A stretch of 64,000 nucleotides of DNA from Roseovarius sp. (GTDB taxonomy: Bacteria > Pseudomonadota > Alphaproteobacteria > Rhodobacterales > Rhodobacteraceae), in assembly GCF_040219995.1 (NCBI RefSeq), contig NZ_JAVJUC010000022.1, positions 70,417 through 134,416 on the forward strand, written 5' to 3'. The notes under the pieces are model-generated. The model had not been told where the DNA came from. It worked only from the letters and a program-made list of their open reading frames with translations, and did not search any database. The position numbers were made by a program, and so were the translations under genes. Of the stretch, positions 36,281-47,791 are shown in pieces. The first letter of the stretch is position 1; each line of letters opens with the position of its first letter.

Positions 36281-36709
36281 TTATCCCTGGGCAGGCAGGG
36301 GCGGTGCGCGCGGGCTGTAGGCCGCGCAGGGGGTCTGCGCGGCGGCGCAGGGCACGTCAGTGCGCGCCGTGATGTAGGAAAAGGCGACGATCCGCGCTGC
36401 CGGGTCGACCACAATGTCGGTCAGCGCGGCGGGTGATTTGAAGAACGGGCAGGGCGTGCTGAGATGTGGGCCGTCGTGATCATGCGCGGCCTCAGTCGGG
36501 CCGGGCTCTGCGGCATGGTCCTCGACGAGGCATAGCTCACCACCCAGTGCCAGCGCCTCGACGCGCAGCGCCTCTTGCGCGCGCTCGGCGGCGCGGGCGG
36601 CATCGGCCAGCTCGTGCTGACAGTCGACGGCGGCGGCGGTGGCGACGCGCACGCTGAGCAGCAGGATCAGAAGGGCCGGTGCGACACCGACCTTTCGCAA
36701 ACCTGCCAT
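36281..36709 (-). CDS. DUF2946/CruR-like leader protein with C-terminal PRAPP, copy 1
   Basis: Signal peptide ending ATAAA, HDHDGPHLSTPCPFF, tail SPRAPPLPAQG*; start moved to MAGLRK. Confidence 0.75.
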   Translation of the reverse strand: MAGLRKVGVAPALLILLLSVRVATAAAVDCQHELADAARAAERAQEALRVEALALGGELCLVEDHAAEPGPTEAAHDHDGPHLSTPCPFFKSPAALTDIVVDPAARIVAFSYITARTDVPCAAAQTPCAAYSPRAPPLPAQG

Positions 36710-36857
36710 GAGTGCGCCTATGCTCAACACATCGAAATCCCCGGGCCTGAATGGCCGGACTCGTCCAAAATCAAGCGCGGGAGCGAGTAATGAAGTGACC
36801 GCGCAGGAAAAGGTTAGCCAGCGATGCAAATTTCGTCAAGCCTGCGGGTGGGGCGGC

Positions 36858-37724
36858 CTAGCCCTTTTGGCGTTGCCGCCAGAGGGTGAAGAGCCCCGCC
36901 CCCACGATCAGCGCCGCGCCAAGCGCCACGTTGAGGCGGATGGTCTCGGAAAACACCAGGATGCCGAGCGTGCTGGCAAAGACCAGTTGCAGATAGGCGA
37001 AGGGCTGCACCGCGCTGGCCTCGGCGACCTCGTAGCATTTGATCAACGTGTAATGCCCCGCCGCGCCGGTGATGCAGAGCGCCCCCATCCAGACCCAGTC
37101 GGGGCCGGTCATCGGTTCCCAGAACCACGCGCCGACCGCCGTCATCGCGACCGAGCCCACGGTGCCGGTCCAGAAGAACGAGGTGGCCGCCGTGTCGCGC
37201 CTGGCGACAAAGCGGGTGAGCAGGCCGTAGAGTGCGAACATCAGTGCCGCGATGAAGGGGATGATGGCCGCGGGCTGGAACACGCCGAAGCCGGGCTCGA
37301 GGATGATGGTCACGCCGACGAAGCCGACGGCGATTGCTGCCCATCTGCGCCAGCCCACGCTTTCGCCCAGAACCGGCCCTGAAAGGGCGGCGATGAGAAG
37401 CGGGTAGGCGGCAAAGACTGCGTGGCTCTCGACCAACCCCAGAAGGGTGAAGCCGTAGATCATCACGCAGATCTCTGCCACCAGAAGCACCGCGCGAAAG
37501 CCCTGCATCAGGGGTTGCGAGGTGGCGGCGGCGCTGCGCAGGCCGCCCGCCTTGCGCGCGGCGATGGTCATGACGAAGGCGGCGAAGAACCAGTAGCGGA
37601 TCATCACCACCATGAAGACGTTGTATTCGCCTGCCAGATGCCGCGAGATGCCATCCTGCACCGCGAAGATGAAGGTGGTCAGCACCATCAGCCAGATGCC
37701 GAGCCGGGTATTCTGGTCTGTCAT
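36858..37724 (-). CDS. DMT/EamA family transporter
   Basis: About ten hydrophobic segments, GESVGWRRW, EASAVQPFAYLQL. Confidence 0.9.
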   Translation of the reverse strand: MTDQNTRLGIWLMVLTTFIFAVQDGISRHLAGEYNVFMVVMIRYWFFAAFVMTIAARKAGGLRSAAATSQPLMQGFRAVLLVAEICVMIYGFTLLGLVESHAVFAAYPLLIAALSGPVLGESVGWRRWAAIAVGFVGVTIILEPGFGVFQPAAIIPFIAALMFALYGLLTRFVARRDTAATSFFWTGTVGSVAMTAVGAWFWEPMTGPDWVWMGALCITGAAGHYTLIKCYEVAEASAVQPFAYLQLVFASTLGILVFSETIRLNVALGAALIVGAGLFTLWRQRQKG

Positions 37725-38398
37725 CCCTCGCCTTTCACCGCCACGGTCATGTGCCGTTTGCGGCCATATCCCGCCTGACGGGTAACAGAAAACCCCGCCG
37801 CCTCAAGCCCCCGGCGCACGAAACCCGCGGCCGTGTAGGTGGCCGCCGTGCCGCCGGGTGCCGTGTGGTGGGCGACCTCGGTCATCAGGTCGGGCTGCCA
37901 GAGTTCGGGGTTCTTGGCGGGGGAAAAGCCGTCGAGAAACCACGCATCCGCCGTGCCCGGCCAAGGCTTTAGCGTATCGCGGGCATCGCCGGTGATCAGC
38001 GTGAATTGCAGGTCCGGCAGGGTGATTTCCTGCGCCTGGCCCTGCCAATGCGGGGCAAGATCCGCCGCCAGCGGTGCAAGCTCTGCAAAGCGGCCTTGCG
38101 CGCGGCGCATGTCATCAGGGGCCATCGGGAAGGCCTCGAAGGAGGTGAAATGCAGCCGTCCGGGGGCCTGAGCGGCGCGCCATGCCGCCAGTGCCGCCAG
38201 CAGGTTCAGCCCGGTGCCGAAGCCCAGTTCGGCGATATGAAAGCCGTCGCGGAACCGGGCGGGCAGGCCGTTGCCCGCAAGAAAGACATGGCGGGTCTCG
38301 GCGAGGCCATTTTCGAGGCTGAAATAGGGATCGTCGAAGCGGGTCGAGACCGGCACATCGCCGTCACGCCAGGCAAGGTCTGCGGGATGGTCCTGCAT
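37721..38398 (-). CDS. mnmD: tRNA mnm5s2U34 methyltransferase (stand-alone MnmC N-terminal domain)
   Basis: FDDPYFS..NG..ETRHVFL.GN, ELGFGTGLN, AWFLDGFSPAKNPELW. Confidence 0.92.
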   Translation of the reverse strand: MQDHPADLAWRDGDVPVSTRFDDPYFSLENGLAETRHVFLAGNGLPARFRDGFHIAELGFGTGLNLLAALAAWRAAQAPGRLHFTSFEAFPMAPDDMRRAQGRFAELAPLAADLAPHWQGQAQEITLPDLQFTLITGDARDTLKPWPGTADAWFLDGFSPAKNPELWQPDLMTEVAHHTAPGGTAATYTAAGFVRRGLEAAGFSVTRQAGYGRKRHMTVAVKGEG

Positions 38399-38462
38399 GC
38401 GGTGATCCTCTAGAACGGGGGGCGAATGCGCGCGACCATGGCGCGCGGCAAGGGGATTGGCA

Positions 38463-39491
38463 ATGGTCGATATCACGGTCAGGGGAGCAGGTATTTTCGG
38501 GCTGTCGGTGGCCTGGGCCTGCGCGCGGCGGGGCGCGCGGGTGCGGGTGATCGACCCGTTCGGCCCCGGCGCCGGGGCCTCGGGCGGGGTGGTCGGCGCA
38601 TTGGCCCCGCATGTGCCCGAGAACTGGAACGACAAGAAGGCGTTTCAATTCGAGAGCCTGATCATGGCCGGGCCGTTCTGGGCCGAGGTGGCCGAGGCCG
38701 GGGGCGTCTTGCCGGGCTATGCGCGGCTGGGCCGGGTGCAGCCGGTGATGGATGAGGCGGGGCTGGCGCTGGCCCGCGCGCGAGAGGCCAGCGCGGCGAC
38801 GCTGTGGCAGGGGCAGGCGGAGTGGCGCGTGGAGGCGGCAGGCGGCGCGTGGTGCCCGGAGAGCCCCACCGGGTATGTGATCCGCGACACGCTGAGCGCG
38901 CGCCTGCAACCGCGCCGGGCCTGTGCGGCGCTGGTGGCGGCGCTGCGCGCGCGCGGCTGCGAGGTGCTGCGCGAGGGGCCGGATGCGGGCCGGGTGCTAT
39001 GGGCCACGGGCGTCGCGGGGCTGGAGGCGTTGAACGCGGGTCATTCCCGGCAGGTGGGCAACGGGGTCAAGGGACAGGGCGCGGTGCTGGATTTCGACGC
39101 GCGCGACCTGCCGCAGCTCTTCGCCGATACGGTGCATATCGTGCCGCATGAGGACGGGACCACGGCCGTCGGCTCGACCTCGGAGCGCGACTATGACGAC
39201 GCCACAAGCACCGATGCGCAACTGGACGCGGTGATTGCGCGGGCCTGCGCGGCGGTGCCCGTGCTTGCGGGCGCGCGGGTGCTGGAGCGCTGGGCCGGGG
39301 TGCGGCCCCGGACACGCTCGCGCGCGCCGATGCTGGGGGCGCATCCGCTGCACGCGGGCGCGTTCATCGCCAATGGCGGCTTCAAGATCGGGTTCGGCAT
39401 GGCCCCCAAACTGGGCGAGGTGATGGCCGACCTGATGCTCGACGGGGTCGATCGCATCCCGGATGGGTTCAGACCGGAGGCATCATTGTGA
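38463..39491 (+). CDS. FAD-dependent oxidoreductase (DAO/MnmC C-terminal-like)
   Basis: GAGIFG, GASGG, WAGVRPR, GGFKIGFG. Confidence 0.85.
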   Translation: MVDITVRGAGIFGLSVAWACARRGARVRVIDPFGPGAGASGGVVGALAPHVPENWNDKKAFQFESLIMAGPFWAEVAEAGGVLPGYARLGRVQPVMDEAGLALARAREASAATLWQGQAEWRVEAAGGAWCPESPTGYVIRDTLSARLQPRRACAALVAALRARGCEVLREGPDAGRVLWATGVAGLEALNAGHSRQVGNGVKGQGAVLDFDARDLPQLFADTVHIVPHEDGTTAVGSTSERDYDDATSTDAQLDAVIARACAAVPVLAGARVLERWAGVRPRTRSRAPMLGAHPLHAGAFIANGGFKIGFGMAPKLGEVMADLMLDGVDRIPDGFRPEASL

Positions 39492-39583
39492 GCGGGGGCA
39501 AGGCCCTTGTAGGGCCTTGGCCAAGCGTTTTCGAGAACGCTTGGCGGTGCCGCGGGCAGATCGTGTGAGGAGGGCGTATCACG

Positions 39584-39985
39584 ATGCGACCTGAAGTGAG
39601 CGGGCTGGATCATCTGGTGCTGACGGTGGCCGATATCGAGGCCACGATCACCTTTTACGAGGGGGCGCTGGGGATGCGCGCCGAGGCGTTTTGCCCGGCG
39701 GATGGCACGCGCCGTTGGGCGCTGCGGTTTGGACGGCAGAAGATCAACCTGCACGCCGCCGGGGCCGAGTTCGAGCCCAAGGCGGCGCGCGCCCTTCCCG
39801 GTACGGCGGACCTGTGTTTCCTGAGCGATGTGCCGCTGGAGGAGTGGCTGGCGCATCTGTCCGTCTGCGGCCTGCGCGTCGAGGACGGGCCGGTGCCGCG
39901 CAGCGGGGCGATGGGACCGATCCGGTCGATCTACCTGCGCGATCCCGATGGCAACCTGATCGAGATTTCCAACCCGGTCGAATGA
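39584..39985 (+). CDS. VOC/glyoxalase family protein
   Basis: LDHLVLTVADI, QKINLH, SIYLRDPDGNLIEIS. Confidence 0.92.
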   Translation: MRPEVSGLDHLVLTVADIEATITFYEGALGMRAEAFCPADGTRRWALRFGRQKINLHAAGAEFEPKAARALPGTADLCFLSDVPLEEWLAHLSVCGLRVEDGPVPRSGAMGPIRSIYLRDPDGNLIEISNPVE

Positions 39986-40016
39986 AACCGCCCCTCGCGC
40001 GTGGCGAGGGGCGGCT
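39985..40016. terminator. Hairpin between the convergent VOC gene and clpB
   Basis: ccgcccctcgc/gcgaggggcgg 11 bp stem. Confidence 0.65.
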
Positions 40017-40021
40017 CTGGG

Positions 40022-42640
<2,619 letters not shown>

Positions 42641-42719
42641 GGGTCGTTCTCCTTTTCACAAGCGTTCCCCCGGGTGCGCACCCTAATCTAGGCATGCAGC
42701 GGTCGGGGACCTTGAGTGA

Positions 42720-42749
42720 TAAATGGGGAACGGCCTTGTGAGGTTCAAG
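42720..42749 (-). promoter_or_regulatory. RpoH (sigma32) promoter CTTGAA-N15-CCCCATTTA for clpB
   Basis: Near-consensus heat-shock promoter 80 nt upstream of the clpB start. Confidence 0.8.
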
Positions 42750-42902
42750 ACAGGACATGTCCGGAATCGCGATCTGCCGGGCTTTGATGCTGTGAGGCGC
42801 GATGAGCGAATTGTCGCGCCAAGGGAAGATGTGACGAAAATTCACCCTGACAGGCGCGCCTCGCCTAGGTATTTTGACGTGAGTGGTGGCGGGATGTTTT
42901 GT

Positions 42903-43163
42903 ATGCGTATTCTGGGCGTGAATGTGGTGGACCGTACTCCAACGGGTGATGGCGGACGGCAACGCGCGACGCTGCTATTGCAGACCGACACCGGTGGTAT
43001 CAGCCTGCGCGCCACAGCGGAGGGTGCCGATACACTGCCTGAAAGCGATGTGGTCGATCAATTGGTCCGCGATGGGCTGCGCCAGCTTAACCGCCTGCCC
43101 GAACATCGGCATGGCGAAGCCCCCGTAATCCTGACGCAGGATATCAAGGTTGAGGTGATCTGA
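42903..43163 (+). CDS. Hypothetical protein (86 aa)
   Basis: MRILGVNVVDR...GLRQLNRLPEHR...; start moved from the track ORF. Confidence 0.55.
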   Translation: MRILGVNVVDRTPTGDGGRQRATLLLQTDTGGISLRATAEGADTLPESDVVDQLVRDGLRQLNRLPEHRHGEAPVILTQDIKVEVI

Positions 43164-43231
43164 TCACCGGACCGCGACAACTCGCTTATCTGCGGGCCGC
43201 TGCACTCAGTAATTTTCACGGCCCGCTTAAA

Positions 43232-43274
43232 GCGTTTCGCCGTCAACCTGAGACATCAGGTAAATGCGAAACGC
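43232..43274. other. Long imperfect hairpin between convergent genes
   Basis: gcgtttcgc/gcgaaacgc outer stem, acctga/tcaggt inner stem. Confidence 0.5.
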
Positions 43275-43340
43275 GCGCAATGATTGGCAGTTGCGCCGCA
43301 TGTCGCAAAAACCTGCGTCTCCGGTTTTGCGCGAAACGCT

Positions 43341-44186
43341 CTAGGATTTGCGCCGCATGCGGCGCAGACCGCCCAACAGGGCCAGACCGGTTAGCCCGAG
43401 CAGACCAGTGGCGGGCAACGGCACCGCTGGAACCTGCCGGATCGAGATCGTGGCACCGACGAAGCGGTCAGGGTCGTTCAGGATGCCGTCTGAAATCAGA
43501 TACTGGTTTCCATCAAACCCGGCGAAACCTGTGAGCTTTCCGGCAAAGTCCGACAAATCTTCAATAGCGTGGATCACGCCGTTCTCTGCGGCGCCCTCGG
43601 CAGTAATGGCCCCATCAAGATCGGCGGATCCGCCGGTTGGCGACGTGTCGTTGACCTCGGTGCCCGCGTCCCACATATCGGCTCTGGATATGGTGATCAC
43701 GCGGTCGCCCTGGAAGATGCCCAGGTCGTCAAAGAGCGCGATGGCTAGCGGATCGTCATTGCCCATGAAAGTGTCGTTCGTGGGTGTCAGCATCGAAAAG
43801 TAGCTTAAAAACCGGTTCACCGCACCATCAACGTCGAATTGGGTGGTGACCGATTCACCCGGAACGAATACCGGCCGGGGCGGGAAGTCGGGCCCTAAAA
43901 CGAAGAGTCTATCCGAGTCGGGGTCTGCTGTGACGCGTTCCTGATTGAGAACATTCGCGAAGCCGGTTTCGGCTATGGTTTCGAGACCGGGGCTGGCCGC
44001 AGTACCCGCATCAAAGGCATCAAAGCTGCCATCGTGAAACGCCAGGTACATCGGCGAAAATGCAAACCCGCCCGGGGCTGCGGTATTTGTTACGGTGAAT
44101 TCAAGTGTCGTGGCCTGGGCCATTGCAGCGCATGATATGGTCGCGCAGAATGAAATGGCGGCCTGTCTTTTGAGTTTATTGAACAT
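43341..44186 (-). CDS. Spondin-domain secreted protein with VPLPA-CTERM sorting signal
   Basis: FSP.YLAFHDGSFD.F..G..AS.GLE..AE.G, ND.F.G, WDAGTEVN; tail VPLPATGLLGLTGLALLGGLRRMRRKS. Confidence 0.88.
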   Translation of the reverse strand: MFNKLKRQAAISFCATISCAAMAQATTLEFTVTNTAAPGGFAFSPMYLAFHDGSFDAFDAGTAASPGLETIAETGFANVLNQERVTADPDSDRLFVLGPDFPPRPVFVPGESVTTQFDVDGAVNRFLSYFSMLTPTNDTFMGNDDPLAIALFDDLGIFQGDRVITISRADMWDAGTEVNDTSPTGGSADLDGAITAEGAAENGVIHAIEDLSDFAGKLTGFAGFDGNQYLISDGILNDPDRFVGATISIRQVPAVPLPATGLLGLTGLALLGGLRRMRRKS

Positions 44187-44208
44187 TTTATACACCTCAG
44201 TTTAAAAT

Positions 44209-44234
44209 TGAGTTGCCAAACAATAACGGCAACT
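44209..44234. promoter_or_regulatory. Inverted repeat GAGTTGCC-N10-GGCAACTC just upstream of the spondin gene RBS
   Basis: Perfect 8 bp arms; operator or attenuator role unknown. Confidence 0.45.
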
Positions 44235-44407
44235 CAGAGAGGATGCGCTTCGGGTTGCTTCACCCCAAATCAAGATTGCGTGATACGCGTGTTGTGAGGA
44301 TGAGCCGGAGGCGGTGCTGTTCATTTGTACGATAGCCGGGTCTTACCTTGACGCCTGATCTGTGTCTCGGCACAAGGGCGCGACCGCTGAATGCAAGGAC
44401 CTCGCAG

Positions 44408-45100
44408 ATGCAAGATGACCGCCTGATCGTTGCCCTCGATGTGCCCAATGCGCTGGAGGGCTTGCAGCTAGCCGAGACGCTGGGAGCGTCGGTCAGTTTT
44501 TACAAGATCGGGTTGGGGATGCTGACGGGTGGTGGGCTGGCGCTGGCCAATGAGCTCAAACAGGAGCATGGAAAGCGGATTTTCCTCGATATGAAGCTGT
44601 TCGATATCGGGGCCACGATCGAGGCCGCGGTGCGCGGGCTGGCGCAGTTTGATCTGGATTTCCTCACCGTGCACGGCGATCCGCATGTGGTGCGCGCGGC
44701 CAAGGAGGGCGCGGCGGGAAAGCCGCTGAAGATCCTGGCGGTGACGATCCTGACCTCGCTTGACAGGGCTGATCTCGATGCCGGGCTGATCAAGCCGGGC
44801 GATCTGCCCGATCTGGTGGCCGAGCGTGCGGGCCGGGCGTTCGAGGCCGGGGCCGACGGGGTGATCGCCAGCCCGCAGGAGGCCGCGATGATCCGCGCGT
44901 TGCCGCAGGCGACGGGGCGGCTCATCGTGACGCCGGGGGTGCGGCCGGTGGGCAGTGCGCTGGGCGATCAGAAGCGTGTCGCCACACCGGCGCAGGCGGT
45001 GGCGGATGGGGCCGATCATATCGTGGTGGGGCGGCCGGTCTGGGCGGCGGAAGACCCGCGCGCGGCGGCCGAGGCGATCCTGACGGAATTGCGCGGCTGA
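44408..45100 (+). CDS. pyrF: Orotidine-5'-phosphate decarboxylase
   Basis: RLIVALD, FLDMKLFDIGAT, VTPGVRP, IVVGRP. Confidence 0.96.
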   Translation: MQDDRLIVALDVPNALEGLQLAETLGASVSFYKIGLGMLTGGGLALANELKQEHGKRIFLDMKLFDIGATIEAAVRGLAQFDLDFLTVHGDPHVVRAAKEGAAGKPLKILAVTILTSLDRADLDAGLIKPGDLPDLVAERAGRAFEAGADGVIASPQEAAMIRALPQATGRLIVTPGVRPVGSALGDQKRVATPAQAVADGADHIVVGRPVWAAEDPRAAAEAILTELRG

Positions 45101-45116
45101 TCAGGCGGGGAAGTCT

Positions 45117-45190
45117 TGGAGCGGGTAACGGGAATCGAACCCGTAACTGAAGCTTGGGAAGCTTTCGTGATACCTTTTCACCATACCCGC
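45117..45190 (-). tRNA. tRNA-Gly (anticodon CCC)
   Basis: GCGGGTA...AAAGC TT CCC AA GCTT...GGTTCGATTCC...ACCCGCT CCA; cloverleaf with encoded CCA. Confidence 0.95.
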
Positions 45191-45202
45191 GTCTGAGCCG
45201 TG

Positions 45203-45231
45203 GAGATATGGCCTTGTGCGGGCGTGGTCAA
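45203..45231 (-). promoter_or_regulatory. Sigma70-type promoter TTGACC-N17-TATCTC for tRNA-Gly
   Basis: Correct spacing, just upstream of the mature 5' end. Confidence 0.6.
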
Positions 45232-45269
45232 GAGGGGAAAGCGGTGCATTGCATGGTGCGCTCGTGCGC

Positions 45270-45509
45270 CTACTTGCGCCCCAGATACATCTGGTAGAGC
45301 CAGATCAGCAGCAGCGATCCCAGCACCGCGCCAATGAGCCCGCCCAACAGCCCCGTGACCATCAGCAGCACCCGGATCACCACCGCGCCAATGAGGGCCC
45401 CTGCGATGCCGATGAGAACGGTCTGAACGACCCCGGCCTCGATCCGCATCAGCCGGATCGCAAGAAACCCCGCCGCAGCGCCGATGATGATCAGGTAGAC
45501 GATGCCCAT
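45270..45509 (-). CDS. GlsB/YeaQ/YmgE family membrane protein
   Basis: IIIGAAAGFLA, IGIAGALIG, GAVLGSLLLIW. Confidence 0.85.
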   Translation of the reverse strand: MGIVYLIIIGAAAGFLAIRLMRIEAGVVQTVLIGIAGALIGAVVIRVLLMVTGLLGGLIGAVLGSLLLIWLYQMYLGRK

Positions 45510-45512
45510 GGC

Positions 45513-45755
45513 TTACCTCCGCTTGCGCCAATGGGTGGGCACGATGATAAGCGCGCCGACCGATGAGAGGATCGCGTCAATCCCGGGCGCGCCGAAGCGG
45601 ATGCCGAACATGATGCGGATGAAGTAAAAGAGGAATGCACCGCCGACGCAGATGATGATCGACGGGAGATAGCCGTTGCGGGTAAAGCCGCTTTTCTCGC
45701 TGGCATAGCCGACGATGCCCGCGATCACCACCGTGCCGAAAAGTTGCAGGAACAT
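45513..45755 (-). CDS. Small membrane protein (GlsB/YeaQ-like)
   Basis: Three hydrophobic segments; start moved to MFLQLF. Confidence 0.7.
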   Translation of the reverse strand: MFLQLFGTVVIAGIVGYASEKSGFTRNGYLPSIIICVGGAFLFYFIRIMFGIRFGAPGIDAILSSVGALIIVPTHWRKRR

Positions 45756-45759
45756 CGCG

Positions 45760-46668
45760 TCACTCCAATCGGCTGCCGCGCGGCCAGGCCATGCCGCGCA
45801 GGAACTCGGGGCCATCCTGCGCCGCGCGGCCCGCGCGTTGCAAGCGCAAAAGCCGCACCGCGCCGCGCCCGCAGGCGACGGTTGCCTCGGCGTCCAGAAC
45901 CTCGCCGGGTGCACCGTGCCCCTCGGCCATCCTTGAAGCGAGAAGCTTTATCCGCTCTTCACCTGCCATGCACCACGCGCCGGGAAAGGGCGAGAGGCCC
46001 CTTATGCGGCGGTCGACCTCTTGCGCGTCAAGGCTCCAGTCCAGCCGCGCCTCGGCCTTGTCGATCTTGGCGGCATAGGTGACGCCTGTCTCGGGTTGCG
46101 ATTGCGGTTCCAGGTCGTCCAGCCGATCCAGCGCCTTGACGATCAGCCGCGCGCCCATGTCCGACAGCCTGTCATGCAACTGCCCGGTGGTCTCGGCCTC
46201 GCCGATCCGCGTTGCTTCGCGCATGAGCACCGGCCCGGTATCGAGCCCCGCCTCCATCTGCATGATGCAGATGCCCGTCTCGGCATCGCCCGCCATGATC
46301 GCGCGGTGAATGGGGGCGGCCCCGCGCCAGCGCGGCAGGAGGCTGGCATGGATGTTGAGACAGCCCTTCGCGGGCGCATCGAGCACCGCCCGCGGCAGGA
46401 TCAGGCCGTAAGCCACGACCACCGCCACATAGGCCTTGTGCGCGGCGAACGCCGACTGTTCCTCCACCCCTTTCAGGCTCACCGGGTGGCGCACCAGCAG
46501 ACCCAATTCCTCGGCGCGCGCCTGCACCGGGCTGGGGCGGTCCTTTTTGCCGCGTCCCGCCGGGCGCGGCGGCTGGCAATAGACGGCGGCCACCTCGTGC
46601 CCCGCCTCGACCAGCGCGTCGAGCACCGGCACCGAGAAATCGGGCGTTCCCATGAAGATCACACGCAT
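45760..46668 (-). CDS. fmt: Methionyl-tRNA formyltransferase
   Basis: [30 protein letters not shown]. Confidence 0.97.
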   Translation of the reverse strand: MRVIFMGTPDFSVPVLDALVEAGHEVAAVYCQPPRPAGRGKKDRPSPVQARAEELGLLVRHPVSLKGVEEQSAFAAHKAYVAVVVAYGLILPRAVLDAPAKGCLNIHASLLPRWRGAAPIHRAIMAGDAETGICIMQMEAGLDTGPVLMREATRIGEAETTGQLHDRLSDMGARLIVKALDRLDDLEPQSQPETGVTYAAKIDKAEARLDWSLDAQEVDRRIRGLSPFPGAWCMAGEERIKLLASRMAEGHGAPGEVLDAEATVACGRGAVRLLRLQRAGRAAQDGPEFLRGMAWPRGSRLE

Positions 46669-46678
46669 GACACCTCCC

Positions 46679-46701
46679 TAAGGGTGGGGTTTCACCCCAC
46701 C
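46679..46701 (+). repeat. REP-like palindrome TAAG-GGTGGGG-TTTCA-CCCCACC
   Basis: Same stem as 15567-15589; overlaps the stop of the def-like gene. Confidence 0.65.
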
Positions 46702-47180
46702 TTTCTTGCCCGCCTGAGCAACATGTCCCGCTTCACGCGACCCAGTCGATCAAAATACATCCGCCCCTGCAAGTGGTCGATCTGATGCTGCACGGATGTG
46801 GCCCAGAGTCCGACGAAATCGCGTTCCTCGATCTCGCCCTCGGCGTTGATAAACCGCACCGTTACCGCGCGGGGCCGCTCGATCACCGCCGAGACGCCGG
46901 GCAGGCAAGGGCTGGCCTCCTGATGCTCGCGCAGTTGCATGCTGGCATGCAGGATTTCGGGATTGGCCATGCGCACCGCCTGACCGCGCGCCTCGCTCGC
47001 ATCGACCACCGCCAGCGCCTGCATCTCGCCAAGCTGCGTGGCCGCCAGCCCGACGCCCGGCATCGCCTCCATCACCGCGATCATCTCGTCCCAGATCGCG
47101 TGGATCGCATCGGTGATTTCGGTGACCGGGGCGGCGGCGGTCCTGAGCCGCTTGTCGGGCCAGCGCAGGACAGCCCTCAC
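46692..47180 (-). CDS. Peptide deformylase-like protein with altered catalytic motifs
   Basis: GVGLAATQ retained; EGCLS replaced by EASPC; HExxH replaced by HQIDH. Confidence 0.88.
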   Translation of the reverse strand: MRAVLRWPDKRLRTAAAPVTEITDAIHAIWDEMIAVMEAMPGVGLAATQLGEMQALAVVDASEARGQAVRMANPEILHASMQLREHQEASPCLPGVSAVIERPRAVTVRFINAEGEIEERDFVGLWATSVQHQIDHLQGRMYFDRLGRVKRDMLLRRARKVG

Positions 47181-47695
47181 GCGCGCGCCTGCTCGCGCTT
47201 GAGCTTTTGCATGCGCCGGGTGATCATCTGCCGCCGCATCGCGCCCAGATAATCGATGAAGAGCTTGCCGTTCAAATGGTCGATCTCATGCTGCACGCAA
47301 GTCGCCCAGAGCCCGTCGAAGGTCTCGTTCTGTTCATTGCCGTCGCGGTCGATCCAGCGCACATCGACGAGTTTAGGCCGGGTCACGTCGGCATATTGGT
47401 CGGGGATCGAGAGGCAGCCCTCCTCATAGGTGTTGGTCTCGTCGGAACTGGCCACCACCTCGGGATTGAACATCACCAGCGGGCGCGGTTCCTCGCCCTC
47501 ATCCTTGACGCAGTCGAGCACGATCAGGCGGCGGGTCACCCCCACCTGCGGCGCGGCAAGGCCAATGCCCGGCGCGTCATACATGGTTTCCAGCATGTCG
47601 TCGGCCAGCGCGCGAAGATCGTCGCTGAGATCGGAGACAGGCGTGCAGACCTTTTTCAGGCGCGGGTCGGGGTGGATGAGGATCGGGCGTTTCAT
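47177..47695 (-). CDS. def: Peptide deformylase
   Basis: GIGLAAPQ, EEGCLSIP, QHEIDHL; start moved to MKRPIL. Confidence 0.97.
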   Translation of the reverse strand: MKRPILIHPDPRLKKVCTPVSDLSDDLRALADDMLETMYDAPGIGLAAPQVGVTRRLIVLDCVKDEGEEPRPLVMFNPEVVASSDETNTYEEGCLSIPDQYADVTRPKLVDVRWIDRDGNEQNETFDGLWATCVQHEIDHLNGKLFIDYLGAMRRQMITRRMQKLKREQARA

Positions 47696-47791
47696 GGCGC
47701 TTGATTTAGGCGATCGGCGCGTGATCCGCAACGGTCTTGCACCCGGCGTGCATTCGTCTAGCCTGCGCCGCGACATCCCAAGGAGAGCCCC

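Noticed and set aside
44195-44240. Sigma54 promoter expected for a CTERM-sorted protein gene
   Set aside because: TGGCAA is present, but the -12 TTGC element is missing.
45117-45190. tRNA-Gly as the integration site of a genomic island
   Set aside because: Its 3' end abuts pyrF within 17 nt; I found no duplicated 3' end and no integrase in the window.
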